A stretch of 64,000 nt of DNA from an uncultured Gammaproteobacteria bacterium (GCA_964538435.1 CAZIDX010000002.1:117930-181929); one strand, 5' to 3'; counted from the first letter of the stretch, positions 48,161 through 58,556 are shown. Numbers and translations: made by a program. The notes: generated by a model from the letters alone, not told the origin.

Positions 48161-50371
48161 ATGGTTTTCCAGATTAAGGCGGCTGCGTACCGCCCAGAGT
48201 CACCAGCCGAGAAAATAAGGGGGGTTTCTCAGCTCATTCCTCTCAGAGAACGAGGGGGGTATGTTTTTTTACTTGCCTACACCAAGAAAGAAACATCTCA
48301 CTCCGAACTCCTCTTGCAACTCCTCTCAGATCACATACATAGACTTGCAAGTTCATTCGGAAAAGATGCAAACGCACAACACCGTTTTGAACAATTTCTT
48401 GGTGCACTCAACGAAACTCTTGCCGAACAGGTGCGCGAAGGAAGATGGCGTGTGCCGATTGAAGATTTCCACGCTGTCGTAGGAATCGCATCTGACGAAC
48501 AAATGTACATCTCGGGCTGCGGCGAGCTTACATCACTCTTCCTGCATCGCAAACCTTCACAGCGCTACCAAATCTTCAATCTCTTCAGAAGTATTCAAAC
48601 CGAGCGCTCACTCCCAACCTGGGAAAAAGCATTTGCCGTTGTGCTTGACGGGGATCTGCATGAAGGAGATGTGTTTTGTGTCGCAGACAAAGACCTTCAA
48701 CACACAATCCCACCTGAAGAGCTAAACAACATCCTCTCCACCCTACCCCCAGTAAGCTCAGTGGAAAAAATCAGACAATACTTCTCTCTAAAAGACGCCC
48801 TCCTTCTCATCGTGCTCAAAGCACATCAATCTGGATCAGGGACCACAAAATCAAAAGAGGACACACACCGATCCACGCTCTCTGTAGCACAGCTCACAGA
48901 AACAGAAGATGTAACTGAACAATATCTCGATGACCAACGACCAAACCTAACCGCTTTTGCAGGCAAGCTACTTTCAAGAATCACAAATTTCTTTTCAGGA
49001 AGAAAACCGAGTGTTGAAAGCCTAAAACCGTCAACGAAAAAGGATCATGTTCTGCGTATTGCAAGACTCGCTGGAAAACTTCTTTTCAAATACACCAAAC
49101 GATCTGTAAAAGCTTCAGCAAAACACACAAAGGCCCTGGCAACAAAGAGCGGACGTGAACAAGCTGTGTCCTGGATAAAAAACATCAAAAAGAATAGTAA
49201 AAAAGCTGTTTCTAAAGTCGGAGGCAGAGCTAGAGGCATTCCTCGATCTACCAAATTCCTCATCATAGGACTCATTATTGCAGTGATTATTTTCGGCATT
49301 GGAATCCGAGTCCTCTCACAATCACAAGCACAGTCAGCTCAAGAGCAGGCCTATCAAGATTCAATTATCCAAATTGAAGACCTCATTGAACGAGCGTCTG
49401 GTGCAGTGATCTACAAAGATGAAGATCAGGCTCGTAGCCTTTTTGGAAACGCACTCACGCTTGTCGAAGAACTCCCAATCGATACACCAGAACGAGAAGC
49501 TAAATCCACAGAACTCTTCTCAAGCATTCAATCTTCTCTGGATGAAATCCGTCACCTCATCACCATTCCAAACCCTCCCCTCCTTGCCGATCTTGGAAGC
49601 ACAACAGACGGTGTGTTTGGAACAAGTCTTGTAAAAACAAGTGAAGGTGTATTTGTATTCGGTACAAATGGAACTGTGTACAAACTTGACCAGACCAACC
49701 GTCGATTCGATCTTGCAGCACAAGGCGAAAACACACCAACCTCTCTTGTGGCAGCTGAAGACGATGGAGATATCTACTTCCTTGCTGAAACCGGAGCAGA
49801 AAACGAAGGTGCCTACAGTGTAGACACAGAGAATGGAACCATCACACCTGTTCTAAATCAAGAACACTCTTGGGTAGATATCGTCACCTACGCCAACCGA
49901 CTCTACTTCCTTCAACCATCAAGTGACACAACCGAAGGACAAATCATGCGTGCAGGACAAACAGGCTCAACCTTTGGTGCACCAAGCGAATGGATTTCTC
50001 AACGAACTGCAGACTTCTCAAACGTTGTCTCAATGGCCATTGACGGAACAATTTTTGTGCTCAGCAAGAACGGAACCATCACTCGCTTTGAAAGCGGAAG
50101 TGAAGTTGGGTGGGATGCCGGTGTTGTTGACCCGCCGCTTTCAGTAGCCACACGAATCGAAACCGATGAGCTCAGCGACTATATCTATGTACTGGAACCA
50201 GAAACAAAACGTCTCGTCGTATTTAACAAAGAAAACGGCGAGTTCATTGCACAGTACAAATCAAACGCATTTACGGATCTAAGCGACATTGCTATTGACG
50301 AAGAGAACTACACCGTTTATCTTTTAGCTGGCTCAAAACTCTACTCAATTGCCGCAAGTCACATTGAATAA
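48161..50371 (+). CDS. Large single-TM protein with C-terminal beta-propeller
   Basis: 736 aa; central TM; propeller-like repeats (MAIDGTIFVL, YIYVLEP). Confidence 0.8.
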   Translation: MVFQIKAAAYRPESPAEKIRGVSQLIPLRERGGYVFLLAYTKKETSHSELLLQLLSDHIHRLASSFGKDANAQHRFEQFLGALNETLAEQVREGRWRVPIEDFHAVVGIASDEQMYISGCGELTSLFLHRKPSQRYQIFNLFRSIQTERSLPTWEKAFAVVLDGDLHEGDVFCVADKDLQHTIPPEELNNILSTLPPVSSVEKIRQYFSLKDALLLIVLKAHQSGSGTTKSKEDTHRSTLSVAQLTETEDVTEQYLDDQRPNLTAFAGKLLSRITNFFSGRKPSVESLKPSTKKDHVLRIARLAGKLLFKYTKRSVKASAKHTKALATKSGREQAVSWIKNIKKNSKKAVSKVGGRARGIPRSTKFLIIGLIIAVIIFGIGIRVLSQSQAQSAQEQAYQDSIIQIEDLIERASGAVIYKDEDQARSLFGNALTLVEELPIDTPEREAKSTELFSSIQSSLDEIRHLITIPNPPLLADLGSTTDGVFGTSLVKTSEGVFVFGTNGTVYKLDQTNRRFDLAAQGENTPTSLVAAEDDGDIYFLAETGAENEGAYSVDTENGTITPVLNQEHSWVDIVTYANRLYFLQPSSDTTEGQIMRAGQTGSTFGAPSEWISQRTADFSNVVSMAIDGTIFVLSKNGTITRFESGSEVGWDAGVVDPPLSVATRIETDELSDYIYVLEPETKRLVVFNKENGEFIAQYKSNAFTDLSDIAIDEENYTVYLLAGSKLYSIAASHIE

Positions 50372-50373
50372 CT

Positions 50374-50787
50374 ATGAAAACCCAACATATCATCATGCTC
50401 AGCCTGGCTGTTGTAATCGCCGTCATCGGAACACTCGTGTGGGCAAACCCAAGCCAAGCCCCAGACAGCGTCAATATTGAACCCGTGTATGAAGAGCAGA
50501 CCCAAGCACTTCTTGGAACTTGGCGCGGAGAAGGTCACTATGACGACAACAGTCTTTGGTACATGATCTACAATTTCAACGAAGACAGCACCTTTACACT
50601 TGAAACTGACTCAACCTACGCAGAATCTGGAACATACAAAGTGGTAAAAACATACGAAGATGGCTCCATTGATGTTTCAAAAACCTACAAAGAAGGTGAG
50701 CGCACAAACGAAATGCACATTGCCCTAACAGACGAAAACACCATCGTCATCGAAGGCGCGCAACTCTCCCGAATCATCGTTGATTAA
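50374..50787 (+). CDS. Secreted or membrane-anchored hypothetical protein (lipocalin-like LLGTW)
   Basis: N-terminal hydrophobic segment, 137 aa. Confidence 0.7.
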   Translation: MKTQHIIMLSLAVVIAVIGTLVWANPSQAPDSVNIEPVYEEQTQALLGTWRGEGHYDDNSLWYMIYNFNEDSTFTLETDSTYAESGTYKVVKTYEDGSIDVSKTYKEGERTNEMHIALTDENTIVIEGAQLSRIIVD

Positions 50788-50845
50788 CACACCAAACCAA
50801 AAACCACTCCGCCATTGGCGATGTGGTTTTTTGATTGAAACAAAT

Positions 50846-51256
50846 TTACTTGAGCTCTGCTGATCCACCAGCTTCCTCAATCTGCTTCTTCATCTCCTCA
50901 GCCTGCTCCTTAGGTACTCCTTCCTTTACCATTCCAGGGGCAGCATCAACGATAGACTTTGCTTCCTTAAGCCCAAGACCAGTGATTGCTCGAACAGCCT
51001 TGATGACACCAATCTTGTTGTCACCAGCTCCAGTGAGCTCTACATCAAATTCAGTCTTCTCCTCAGCAGCTTCTCCAGCAGCAGCGCCACCACCAGCCAT
51101 CATCATTGCAGGTGCAGCGGCACTAACACCGAACTTATCTTCGAGGATCTTAACGAGCTCTGCAAGGTCGAGTACTGACATTTCCTCAATCTTACTTACG
51201 AGGTCCTGGAACTTTGCTGGAACCTCAACAGGTGTATTTGTTGCTTCTTCAGACAT
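50846..51256 (-). CDS. rplL: 50S ribosomal protein L7/L12
   Basis: [25 protein letters not shown]. Confidence 0.98.
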   Translation of the reverse strand: MSEEATNTPVEVPAKFQDLVSKIEEMSVLDLAELVKILEDKFGVSAAAPAMMMAGGGAAAGEAAEEKTEFDVELTGAGDNKIGVIKAVRAITGLGLKEAKSIVDAAPGMVKEGVPKEQAEEMKKQIEEAGGSAELK

Positions 51257-51283
51257 AACATTGTTTTTTCAAATGAATAGGGA

Positions 51284-51805
51284 TTACGCCTTAGCCTCTT
51301 TAACGGCATTAAGGACGTATACAAGATTGCGCAAGTTTCCAGAAAGCGCATTGACGAAACCTGATACCGGAGCATTGATAGATCCAACCAACTTTGCAAG
51401 AAGCTCTTCCCTGCCAGGCAAGGTTGCGAGCTGCTTAATGGCTTCTGATCCAACAAACTCTCCTTCTAGGACTCCGCCAACAATTTGAATTCCATCTCGC
51501 TCTTTACCAAACTCAGCAATGAGCTTGGCTGCTGAGACCTCGTCATCGTATCCGATCGTTGTGAGGATACTGCCCTGGAGATCTTCTTTCTTTGCTCCAA
51601 AACCTTTTTCCTCTAGCGCTCGAACGAGCAGGGTCTTCTTTGCGATCAAGACTTCTACACCGGCTTTCTTTCCTTTCTCACGAAGCGTGTCGGCATCGTC
51701 CATTGTGTATCCAGAAATACTGGTAAACACAGCAGACTTCATTGTGCCAAGCTTGTCTGTGAGCTCTGCGACAATCTGTTCTTTTTCTTGTCGTGTTTTT
51801 GGCAT
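51284..51805 (-). CDS. rplJ: 50S ribosomal protein L10
   Basis: KKTLL, LATLPGREELLAKL; directly upstream of rplL. Confidence 0.97.
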   Translation of the reverse strand: MPKTRQEKEQIVAELTDKLGTMKSAVFTSISGYTMDDADTLREKGKKAGVEVLIAKKTLLVRALEEKGFGAKKEDLQGSILTTIGYDDEVSAAKLIAEFGKERDGIQIVGGVLEGEFVGSEAIKQLATLPGREELLAKLVGSINAPVSGFVNALSGNLRNLVYVLNAVKEAKA

Positions 51806-51854
51806 AGTTTGTGTTGTTTGAGTTGATTAACAACTCTAAGTTCGACCTTTATTA

Positions 51855-51960
51855 AAAAACTGCGGACTCACAGCCGCAGGATAGGTCGACAACACGAGAA
51901 GTGCTATCTCCACATACCTCGACGGGACTTATGCACTAGGCAACCCGTTTTCTACGGCGA
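51855..51960 (-). ncRNA. Ribosomal protein L10 leader
   Basis: Minus strand CCGTAGAAAACGGG...TAA..CCCGTCGAGG followed by a terminator-like hairpin CTGCGG/CCGCAG-TTTTT, upstream of rplJ. Confidence 0.75.
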
Positions 51961-52471
51961 ATCTTCAGTTCGCGAATATGATAGTAAAAACGAGAAAAAA
52001 TGTCAAGATGGGCTTATTTTTCCCTATTTTTCAAGGGACTTGACAGGGCATGTACGGGGGGGGTAAGCTGCCTGGGCTGTTGGGATCTGCGCAGAGCAGA
52101 GGAACAAAACCCGAGATGGGTTGTTCTGTCGAGTTTGCGTGTCCGCGTGTCAGTAAGTAGCCGACAGGTGGTGTTCGGAAGCCTCCCGTACAACCTTTTC
52201 GAAGGTGAGGTGAAAGGCGCCACGTACAACCTGAAAGCCAAAGAGACTGAATAGGCCTGCGTCCCGGAAGAATATCGCAAACAGGACGGATGGGACTTAC
52301 CGATGCTTCTCAGCAGCACCTCTCGTGGGGGCCCGGATGACGCCACGCGTCAGACGGGTCCCCACATCACCCTTTTTCCAAACCGACACCTCTGGTGTTG
52401 TTTTTTGTTTCAGCCTTCTTGCACTATTCCACAAACCTACAAACCTACAAACCTACAAGCACACAAACATC

Positions 52472-52505
52472 CTGACATTTCCTCACCATGGTGAAGAAAT
52501 GTCAG
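52472..52505. repeat. 34-bp CTCACCATGGTGA palindrome overlapping the stop of the PaaX/Cas2-like gene
   Basis: 32/34 identical to 12634-12667. Confidence 0.9.
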
Positions 52506-53041
52506 CACTTTTTTGAAATATACACCTCAACCCAATCTGAAACTTTTGCGCTTTTTACGAATCGCTGTATATCCAAAACAATATCCCTGTCTGATTTCCA
52601 AACACTCTTCTGAACTTGCACACAACCGGCTTGCTTCAAAAAATTACGAAAAGAATCTCGTCCCTTTCTAGCGCCAGTTGGAAAATCATAAATAATCAAA
52701 CAAACCTGATCCAAACCCAACCTCGGACGATCTCTCATCGTGCGAACAACAAGCTCGCCCTTCCCTTTTTCAGTAATTTTTGCAATTAACTGCCCTTCCT
52801 TCTTCTCAATCACGAGCAGCTCTTTTTTCTTCAAATACTCCAATCTACACTTCTCTCTCCTACGACGTTTACGCTCTCCAACTACTCTTTCAACCTTCGG
52901 ATCCAACGGAAGCCGACCTCGATACCTCCAAAGATCAAACAACTCATCAATTGTCGCGACTTCCTCAGAAAGATAAACCAAAGTGTCGGTAATCAATTCT
53001 TTCCCTAACTGAATTTTTGTTTTCTTTTCTTCCTCCCTCAT
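52502..53041 (-). CDS. PaaX-like protein (wHTH plus Cas2-like central domain)
   Basis: ITEKGK, LIIYDFP...RDSFRNFLKQAG..QVQKSVW. Confidence 0.8.
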   Translation of the reverse strand: MREEEKKTKIQLGKELITDTLVYLSEEVATIDELFDLWRYRGRLPLDPKVERVVGERKRRRREKCRLEYLKKKELLVIEKKEGQLIAKITEKGKGELVVRTMRDRPRLGLDQVCLIIYDFPTGARKGRDSFRNFLKQAGCVQVQKSVWKSDRDIVLDIQRFVKSAKVSDWVEVYISKKC

Positions 53042-53044
53042 ACA

Positions 53045-53067
53045 ACATTTCCTCACCATGGTGAGAA
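53045..53067. repeat. Partial CTCACCATGGTGAG palindrome just upstream of the PaaX-like start codon
   Basis: ACATTTCCTCACCATGGTGAGAA. Confidence 0.88.
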
Positions 53068-53251
53068 TTCGTGTTACTTATTAGTGTGTCTTTTTTGGGT
53101 AACACAAAACCCTCGACGAATTGCGTGTCTATTTCGACACAAATCGTCCAGGGGAGGATCGCGAGTTAACTCACTCGCCTCTTTACTGAAACATCGAGAA
53201 ACAAAATTGTCAAGGATTCGAAAACCCTGACCAAAGCCAGGGTCGTTGACC

Positions 53252-53866
53252 TCACTTCTTGAGGACCGGATGAACATGATCAAACTCATCCACGTGAGGG
53301 AGAGACTGAATCGCAGCAAGGAGCGTCTCAAGCTGCTCGGGCTCAGAGTAGACATGAGGAACAGCAACACTCACACTGCGCGGCTGCCCTTCCCCCACAC
53401 GAATGCACCACCGCGCATCCGCATGATCCCTATGAGTCGATGGGCCGCAGATGAAGTAATCTCCTCCTGACCCATCCCAGGAAGATTTCACGGGGGTATC
53501 CTGCTTTTCTGACCAATCAGTCCAAATCCGCGAGATGTATCCCGTACCTGGTCTACGTACCTGCATCCCAAGCATCTTCTCGCTCCAGCCCCTTGCACGC
53601 AGAGCTCGGCAGATGGGATCAAGATCAAAATCCTCTTTCCCGATGTGCTCAGCTATGAGCTCTTGCGCATGCGAACCTCCTCCACGATGTGGATGATCCA
53701 AAACCATGATGCCCTGCACTTCTTGAACAGAGCTGACCTGCATGGAACTGGCATGCAGCGCATACCGAATTCCATCACATTCAGCCACAAGAAGCACAAT
53801 GCGATCGCCTTGAGGAGCTTGGGCAAGAATCACATTCACTGAAGGAACACTCTCTTGAGATGACAT
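53252..53866 (-). CDS. Hypothetical protein
   Basis: GGAGGT RBS, 204 aa. Confidence 0.75.
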   Translation of the reverse strand: MSSQESVPSVNVILAQAPQGDRIVLLVAECDGIRYALHASSMQVSSVQEVQGIMVLDHPHRGGGSHAQELIAEHIGKEDFDLDPICRALRARGWSEKMLGMQVRRPGTGYISRIWTDWSEKQDTPVKSSWDGSGGDYFICGPSTHRDHADARWCIRVGEGQPRSVSVAVPHVYSEPEQLETLLAAIQSLPHVDEFDHVHPVLKK

Positions 53867-54001
53867 GATTTACCTCCAAAGAATCATTTCAAGCTTATCG
53901 ACACAAACCCAACTCGTCAATATACAACCTCGAGTGAAAACCTGAGAATCTTCAGTGGAGATTAGAAAAGCGGATCCGAAGACCCGCTTTGAAACGTGTG
54001 C

Positions 54002-54481
54002 CTAGACGGTCGCCGAGGCGATGTCAGACTCGTCGTAGGGATCGAACAGTCTCTCCAGGAGCGACGAGACTTGAGAATGACCCTCATCCTCAGAAAGCTC
54101 GTCGACCTCGATGGCCGGCCCCAACGCGGCGCCGAGCACGGCACCAGGATCGAAGAACTGCGCATCGGGAACGTAGGCGAGAATCGTCTGCCTGAGCAGC
54201 TCGAGGCTCTTGCCTTTGAACTCGTTGTCGTTGAACTCGATTCGGTAGCGACGCCATGTCATGGCAATCGACTCACTCACCTCGAACTCACCCTCATCAT
54301 CCTCATCGTCATCCGGATCGACCAACGTAATGTCAGTCACCTCCATGAGACGCTTGCTGTCCCCGATCACCCACAGCCCCTCGTCGAACTTGTAGGCATG
54401 AGTGCTGGATGTGAAGATCATGGCGAGTTGAACCGCGAAATCCTCGTTGTCGAACCCCTGTACGCGAACGTGCAGCTGCAT
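54002..54481 (-). CDS. Acidic hypothetical protein
   Basis: GAGGGG RBS, GC3-rich codons, hairpin-TTTTCTAAT terminator. Confidence 0.75.
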   Translation of the reverse strand: MQLHVRVQGFDNEDFAVQLAMIFTSSTHAYKFDEGLWVIGDSKRLMEVTDITLVDPDDDEDDEGEFEVSESIAMTWRRYRIEFNDNEFKGKSLELLRQTILAYVPDAQFFDPGAVLGAALGPAIEVDELSEDEGHSQVSSLLERLFDPYDESDIASATV

Positions 54482-54612
54482 GAGCTTTTCCCCTCTCTAT
54501 GGCTGCGGTTACGGCATCTCTCTCTTCGCAATAATAAGTCTAGCACACCCCGCAAACAGTGCCAATATAGGAAAACTTCAACCAAAAAAGCAGGCTGGAG
54601 CCTGCCTTTTCT

Positions 54613-55323
54613 TTACACACCAACAACCGTCCCAACAAAATTCCCCCCCTTCAAAAGCCCATCTAAATTCTCGATATTCTTCCCGTTCATAATCACCACA
54701 TTGATCTTTGACCGCTGAGCCAGTCGAGACGCAACAGGATCAAACGGTACATTCATACCAGGATCCCACTCATCCCCAACCATCTCCCGAAAATCCTTCC
54801 ATGAAATATTGCAGATCGGTTTTGCACTCTTGTACTTCTTCGGATCCTGATCATACACATAATCAATGTTCGAGAGATTGAGTACCACCGCACTCCCAAG
54901 CCGCTTTGCAAGACGTGTTGCAACATAATCCGTTGACCACCCAGGCTTCCATCCAGCCGCGATCAAAACCGGCTCCTTCCACTTTTTCAGATCCCGAGTT
55001 GGATCTTTCACCATGGCCGGAAACGCTACGTCTCGAAACATCGTCCTAAGAAGATGACCATTGAGCCGCGTTGAATGAATCCCAAGCCAATCCAAATCAT
55101 CTCGCGTGAGCTTCCCGACCTTACGCGCGGCCCCTTGATAAGAACGCGCGGTATCTCCCCCACCAACAACAATCACAAACCGCCAACCTTTCTTAATGTG
55201 CCTAAGCACAAGTTTTTTTAAATCTTTTAAAAACTCATGATCAATTCCCTCTGGCGGCGCTACAAGCGACCCACCAACAGAGACAACGAGTGTGGCTGGT
55301 TTCATGTCTGATGTTTGTTTCAT
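54613..55323 (-). CDS. pyrH: Uridylate kinase (archaeal-type)
   Basis: VVSVGGS, VVGGG..AR.Y, GWKPGWSTD, YVYDQDPK, PFDPVA. Confidence 0.93.
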   Translation of the reverse strand: MKQTSDMKPATLVVSVGGSLVAPPEGIDHEFLKDLKKLVLRHIKKGWRFVIVVGGGDTARSYQGAARKVGKLTRDDLDWLGIHSTRLNGHLLRTMFRDVAFPAMVKDPTRDLKKWKEPVLIAAGWKPGWSTDYVATRLAKRLGSAVVLNLSNIDYVYDQDPKKYKSAKPICNISWKDFREMVGDEWDPGMNVPFDPVASRLAQRSKINVVIMNGKNIENLDGLLKGGNFVGTVVGV

Positions 55324-55354
55324 AAAAAACCCCGCCTTGGCGGGATGATTAGTT

Positions 55355-55708
55355 CTAAGTTTCTTTAGCATGTTTAATGAGCCAGTTTGTACCAAGAGAA
55401 ATCACCCACAAAAGGAGTGCTGCCAAAAGCGCTGGAACAAACCCAGTCACCACAAACCCCTCAACAATCGTTGAGACAAGCCAAATCATCAGTGCATTGA
55501 TCACAAACGTGAAAAGACCGAGCGTAATCACAGTGACGGGCAGTGTGAGAATGAAAAAGAGAGGTCGCACAAGCGCATTCACAAGCCCAAGCACAAGCGC
55601 AGCAATCAAAGCATTGTAAAACGTCTCCACCCCAAACCCAGGTACAAGACCAGCAACAGCAATAAGCGCGATCGCATTGATCACCCACCTGAAAAGTAAA
55701 TATGACAT
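55355..55708 (-). CDS. YvlD/phage holin family 4-TM membrane protein
   Basis: LGLVNALVRP...LTLP..ITLGLF.FVINA. Confidence 0.9.
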   Translation of the reverse strand: MSYLLFRWVINAIALIAVAGLVPGFGVETFYNALIAALVLGLVNALVRPLFFILTLPVTVITLGLFTFVINALMIWLVSTIVEGFVVTGFVPALLAALLLWVISLGTNWLIKHAKET

Positions 55709-55761
55709 AAGCGTTTAGCACTTAGCGTTTAGCGAGGAGTCTATTCGCTCCATGCTATTCG

Positions 55762-55974
55762 CTATTCGCTCTGAAATTTTTGTTTAATCTCCTCAACCTT
55801 GTTCTCCACCTCACCAAGTTTCTTTTTAAGCTCAGATGCAAGCTCAAGACCACGCTCAAACTGCTTAAGCCCCTTATCAAGATCGAGATTCTCTTCAGAG
55901 TCAAACCACTCTGTAATCTTCTCAAGCTCGTCAAACGCATCAGAGAAATTCATTGTTTTTTTCTTTGCTGGCAT
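55762..55974 (-). CDS. xseB: Exodeoxyribonuclease VII small subunit
   Basis: FSDAFDELEKI...LDKGLKQFERG; follows xseA. Confidence 0.93.
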   Translation of the reverse strand: MPAKKKTMNFSDAFDELEKITEWFDSEENLDLDKGLKQFERGLELASELKKKLGEVENKVEEIKQKFQSE

Positions 55975-55977
55975 ACA

Positions 55978-57189
55978 TTACACAAGTTTCTGTTGGCCTT
56001 TACCACCAACACTTCTAACCTCAGCCCTCGCTGATCCTTTAGCAAATTGTACCTCGATCTCCTGCCCCACTTCAAGCTCAGACACATTTGAAACAACAGA
56101 TCCCTCCATAGTCACAAGTGAGTACCCGCGCGCAAGAACACGTTTTGGATCCACTTGACGCAAAATCTTTCCAAGCCCCTCAAGATCACTGCGAATAAGC
56201 ACAAGCCAATCGTTTGTCCCAACCTGAAACTGCTCATAGACCGAGCGGAATCTCTCTTTCTGCCGTTCAAGCACAAACGAGACAAGATTTGTTGCATGCT
56301 CAATCAAACGACTCTTCTCTGCAATCTCATCCTCAAGCCTGTCCTGCATGTGACGACTCATGGTTTCAAGCTCATAAAGCACATCCTTTCGCGATGGCAC
56401 AATGCGCTCTGCAGCATTCGACGGAGTTGACGCACGCACATCTGCCACAAAATCAGCCAAAGACTCATCGCGCTCATGACCAACCGCCACTACAACAGGA
56501 ATCTTTGAGGCATAAATGGCCCGCGCAACCTGCTCATCATTAAACGCATGCAAATCCTCAAGCCCTCCACCTCCACGCGTAAGCACAAGCACATCTGGCC
56601 GCTGCTCCTCATCAAGCCCATTAAAATACGCAAACGCTCCCACAATCTCATCAACAGCCTGCCTACCTTGCACATGCACATGAGCATGATCAAGAGCCAC
56701 GCCTCCCCATCGATTATTCAAAATGCGAACGAAATCCCCATACGCAGCTGCATCGCGAGATGTGATAAGACCGATCCGCTCAGGAAATCGCTTGAGTCCG
56801 CGCTTGCGAGACACATCAAAAAGCCCCTCAGCCTCAAGTTTCTTTTTCAAAAGTTCGTACGCACGACGAAGAGCCCCCTCTCCCACCGGCGCCACCTCCT
56901 GTACATTCATCTTAAACGTTCCAAACCTCTCATAAATCTTTGGCTGCCCCTTCACTTGCACCCGCATTCCATCTTCAAGTTCAACCTTAAGCTGCCACAC
57001 CGTCATAAAACACTTAAGCACTGCCTGCGCCTTTTCATCCTTTAAATCAAAACTGACCCATTTTTGCTGGGCCACTCTAAAATCCGACACCTCTCCTTCA
57101 ACTACTGTCTCTTTTGACGGTATCTGAGCGAGCGTATCATTTACGTATTGGAGATATTGTCCAACAGAAAGAACAGTTGGTTCTATCAC
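55978..57189 (-). CDS. xseA: Exodeoxyribonuclease VII large subunit
   Basis: VEGEVS, FDLKD, RGGGGLEDL, VGHERD, STPSNAAE; GTG start inferred. Confidence 0.95.
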   Translation of the reverse strand: MIEPTVLSVGQYLQYVNDTLAQIPSKETVVEGEVSDFRVAQQKWVSFDLKDEKAQAVLKCFMTVWQLKVELEDGMRVQVKGQPKIYERFGTFKMNVQEVAPVGEGALRRAYELLKKKLEAEGLFDVSRKRGLKRFPERIGLITSRDAAAYGDFVRILNNRWGGVALDHAHVHVQGRQAVDEIVGAFAYFNGLDEEQRPDVLVLTRGGGGLEDLHAFNDEQVARAIYASKIPVVVAVGHERDESLADFVADVRASTPSNAAERIVPSRKDVLYELETMSRHMQDRLEDEIAEKSRLIEHATNLVSFVLERQKERFRSVYEQFQVGTNDWLVLIRSDLEGLGKILRQVDPKRVLARGYSLVTMEGSVVSNVSELEVGQEIEVQFAKGSARAEVRSVGGKGQQKLV

Positions 57190-57662
57190 AAGCCGACCAT
57201 GAAATAATAAGGTTGATAATACTGCACCAAGAGCCAGAGACCGAGTCCAAGCAAAATATGAGAGATAAGTGTCTCCACCCAAACGTTCTTACCTTCTTTG
57301 AGCGCAAACATCCCCATACCAAGAAGTGGATACACCACAATTCCTACCACAATCCAACTCAATAGTGCATAGACAAAAAGCGAAGCAAACGAAAACGCCG
57401 ATCCAGTCACAAAAAGCCAACCCTGCTCAACAAACAAAATATACACGACCCCAAACAAGAATCCGATCACAAGATAAAGCAAGAGCCCGATTAAAAATAC
57501 TTCATGATGATGCCTGATCTTCACACCAAAAATCGTCTTAACATCAATCACCAAAGGATTGCGCTTAACCCGACCTCGCTCCACAATTTCCAAAATAATC
57601 GCAGGAAATGCAAAAACAAACGCCACAAGTCCACCAAGCGATCCTGCAAGTAAGTAGTCCAT
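57186..57662 (-). CDS. Membrane protein
   Basis: Four hydrophobic helices, operonic spacing. Confidence 0.75.
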   Translation of the reverse strand: MDYLLAGSLGGLVAFVFAFPAIILEIVERGRVKRNPLVIDVKTIFGVKIRHHHEVFLIGLLLYLVIGFLFGVVYILFVEQGWLFVTGSAFSFASLFVYALLSWIVVGIVVYPLLGMGMFALKEGKNVWVETLISHILLGLGLWLLVQYYQPYYFMVGL

Positions 57663-57663
57663 A

Positions 57664-58554
57664 TTACGGGTAAATTACTATGATTACTTTTCTCCCATCA
57701 GCAACCTGTGTCTCACTGTTGTAATCATGCATTGCTGACATAATCGTGTCAAAGTCATACAAGTACTGCTCTCCATGCTTTGTACCTGGATCATTGGTAA
57801 TAAAATGATCATCCTGCGTATACCCACGAATAACAAGCATGTGATACTCAGGTCCTGGAGGAGTAAAAAAGGGATTTCCCAAAAGCCGGCCAGCCGACGG
57901 TACAATCACAGGCCTCCCGTCTGCAACATGCTGCTTAATCTCATCAACGGTTGGATCTTCTATAAGCTCAACCGCAGAAAACCCATACATCATCTCAGCA
58001 AACACCCCCACCTGCTCAGCAGTCGTGCTCTCATAAAAACCAAAAAGCCCCGTCTCAAACTCCATAATCTCAAGCAAATCTGCATCAGCTGTCTCTGGCA
58101 AAATCGGCTCCCCAGACACCCCTGCATAATACTCAGCTACCATGTACACACTCGCCTCTTCACACAAATCCTGATACGGCTGATCCCAGTTAGCATTCGG
58201 TGCTTGAGACGTGAATGGAACTGCAAGATTGATCTCGTCAGGAAGATCAAGCTTAACCTCCACCTCGTCAACAATCTCCTCCTCAACAACTTCCCCCACC
58301 ACTTCTTCCTCTTCTTCTTCAACCTGAACATCAAACACTTCATCAAGAACCACCTCCTCAACATACTCGGGCAAAGCATCTTCAAAAGGATCGGTCTGCT
58401 CCTCTAAAACATACTCAAAACTCACAGCTTCAGGAAGCTCAGGTGCGGACACCTCACGCACCCAATCCAAAATAGCTACTCGGTTTACATACAGAGTAGC
58501 CCCAATCGCAATCATGATAATAACGAAGACAAATAGCCTTCGAAAAAACTTCAT
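57664..58554 (-). CDS. C39-like peptidase family protein
   Basis: VPFTSQAP..W...CEEAS, YHMLVIRGY, FITNDPGT. Confidence 0.85.
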   Translation of the reverse strand: MKFFRRLFVFVIIMIAIGATLYVNRVAILDWVREVSAPELPEAVSFEYVLEEQTDPFEDALPEYVEEVVLDEVFDVQVEEEEEEVVGEVVEEEIVDEVEVKLDLPDEINLAVPFTSQAPNANWDQPYQDLCEEASVYMVAEYYAGVSGEPILPETADADLLEIMEFETGLFGFYESTTAEQVGVFAEMMYGFSAVELIEDPTVDEIKQHVADGRPVIVPSAGRLLGNPFFTPPGPEYHMLVIRGYTQDDHFITNDPGTKHGEQYLYDFDTIMSAMHDYNSETQVADGRKVIIVIYP

Positions 58555-58556
58555 AG

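Noticed and set aside
55355-55708. Prophage lysis module
   Set aside because: YvlD-type membrane protein in the xseAB-pyrH context with no endolysin or phage genes.
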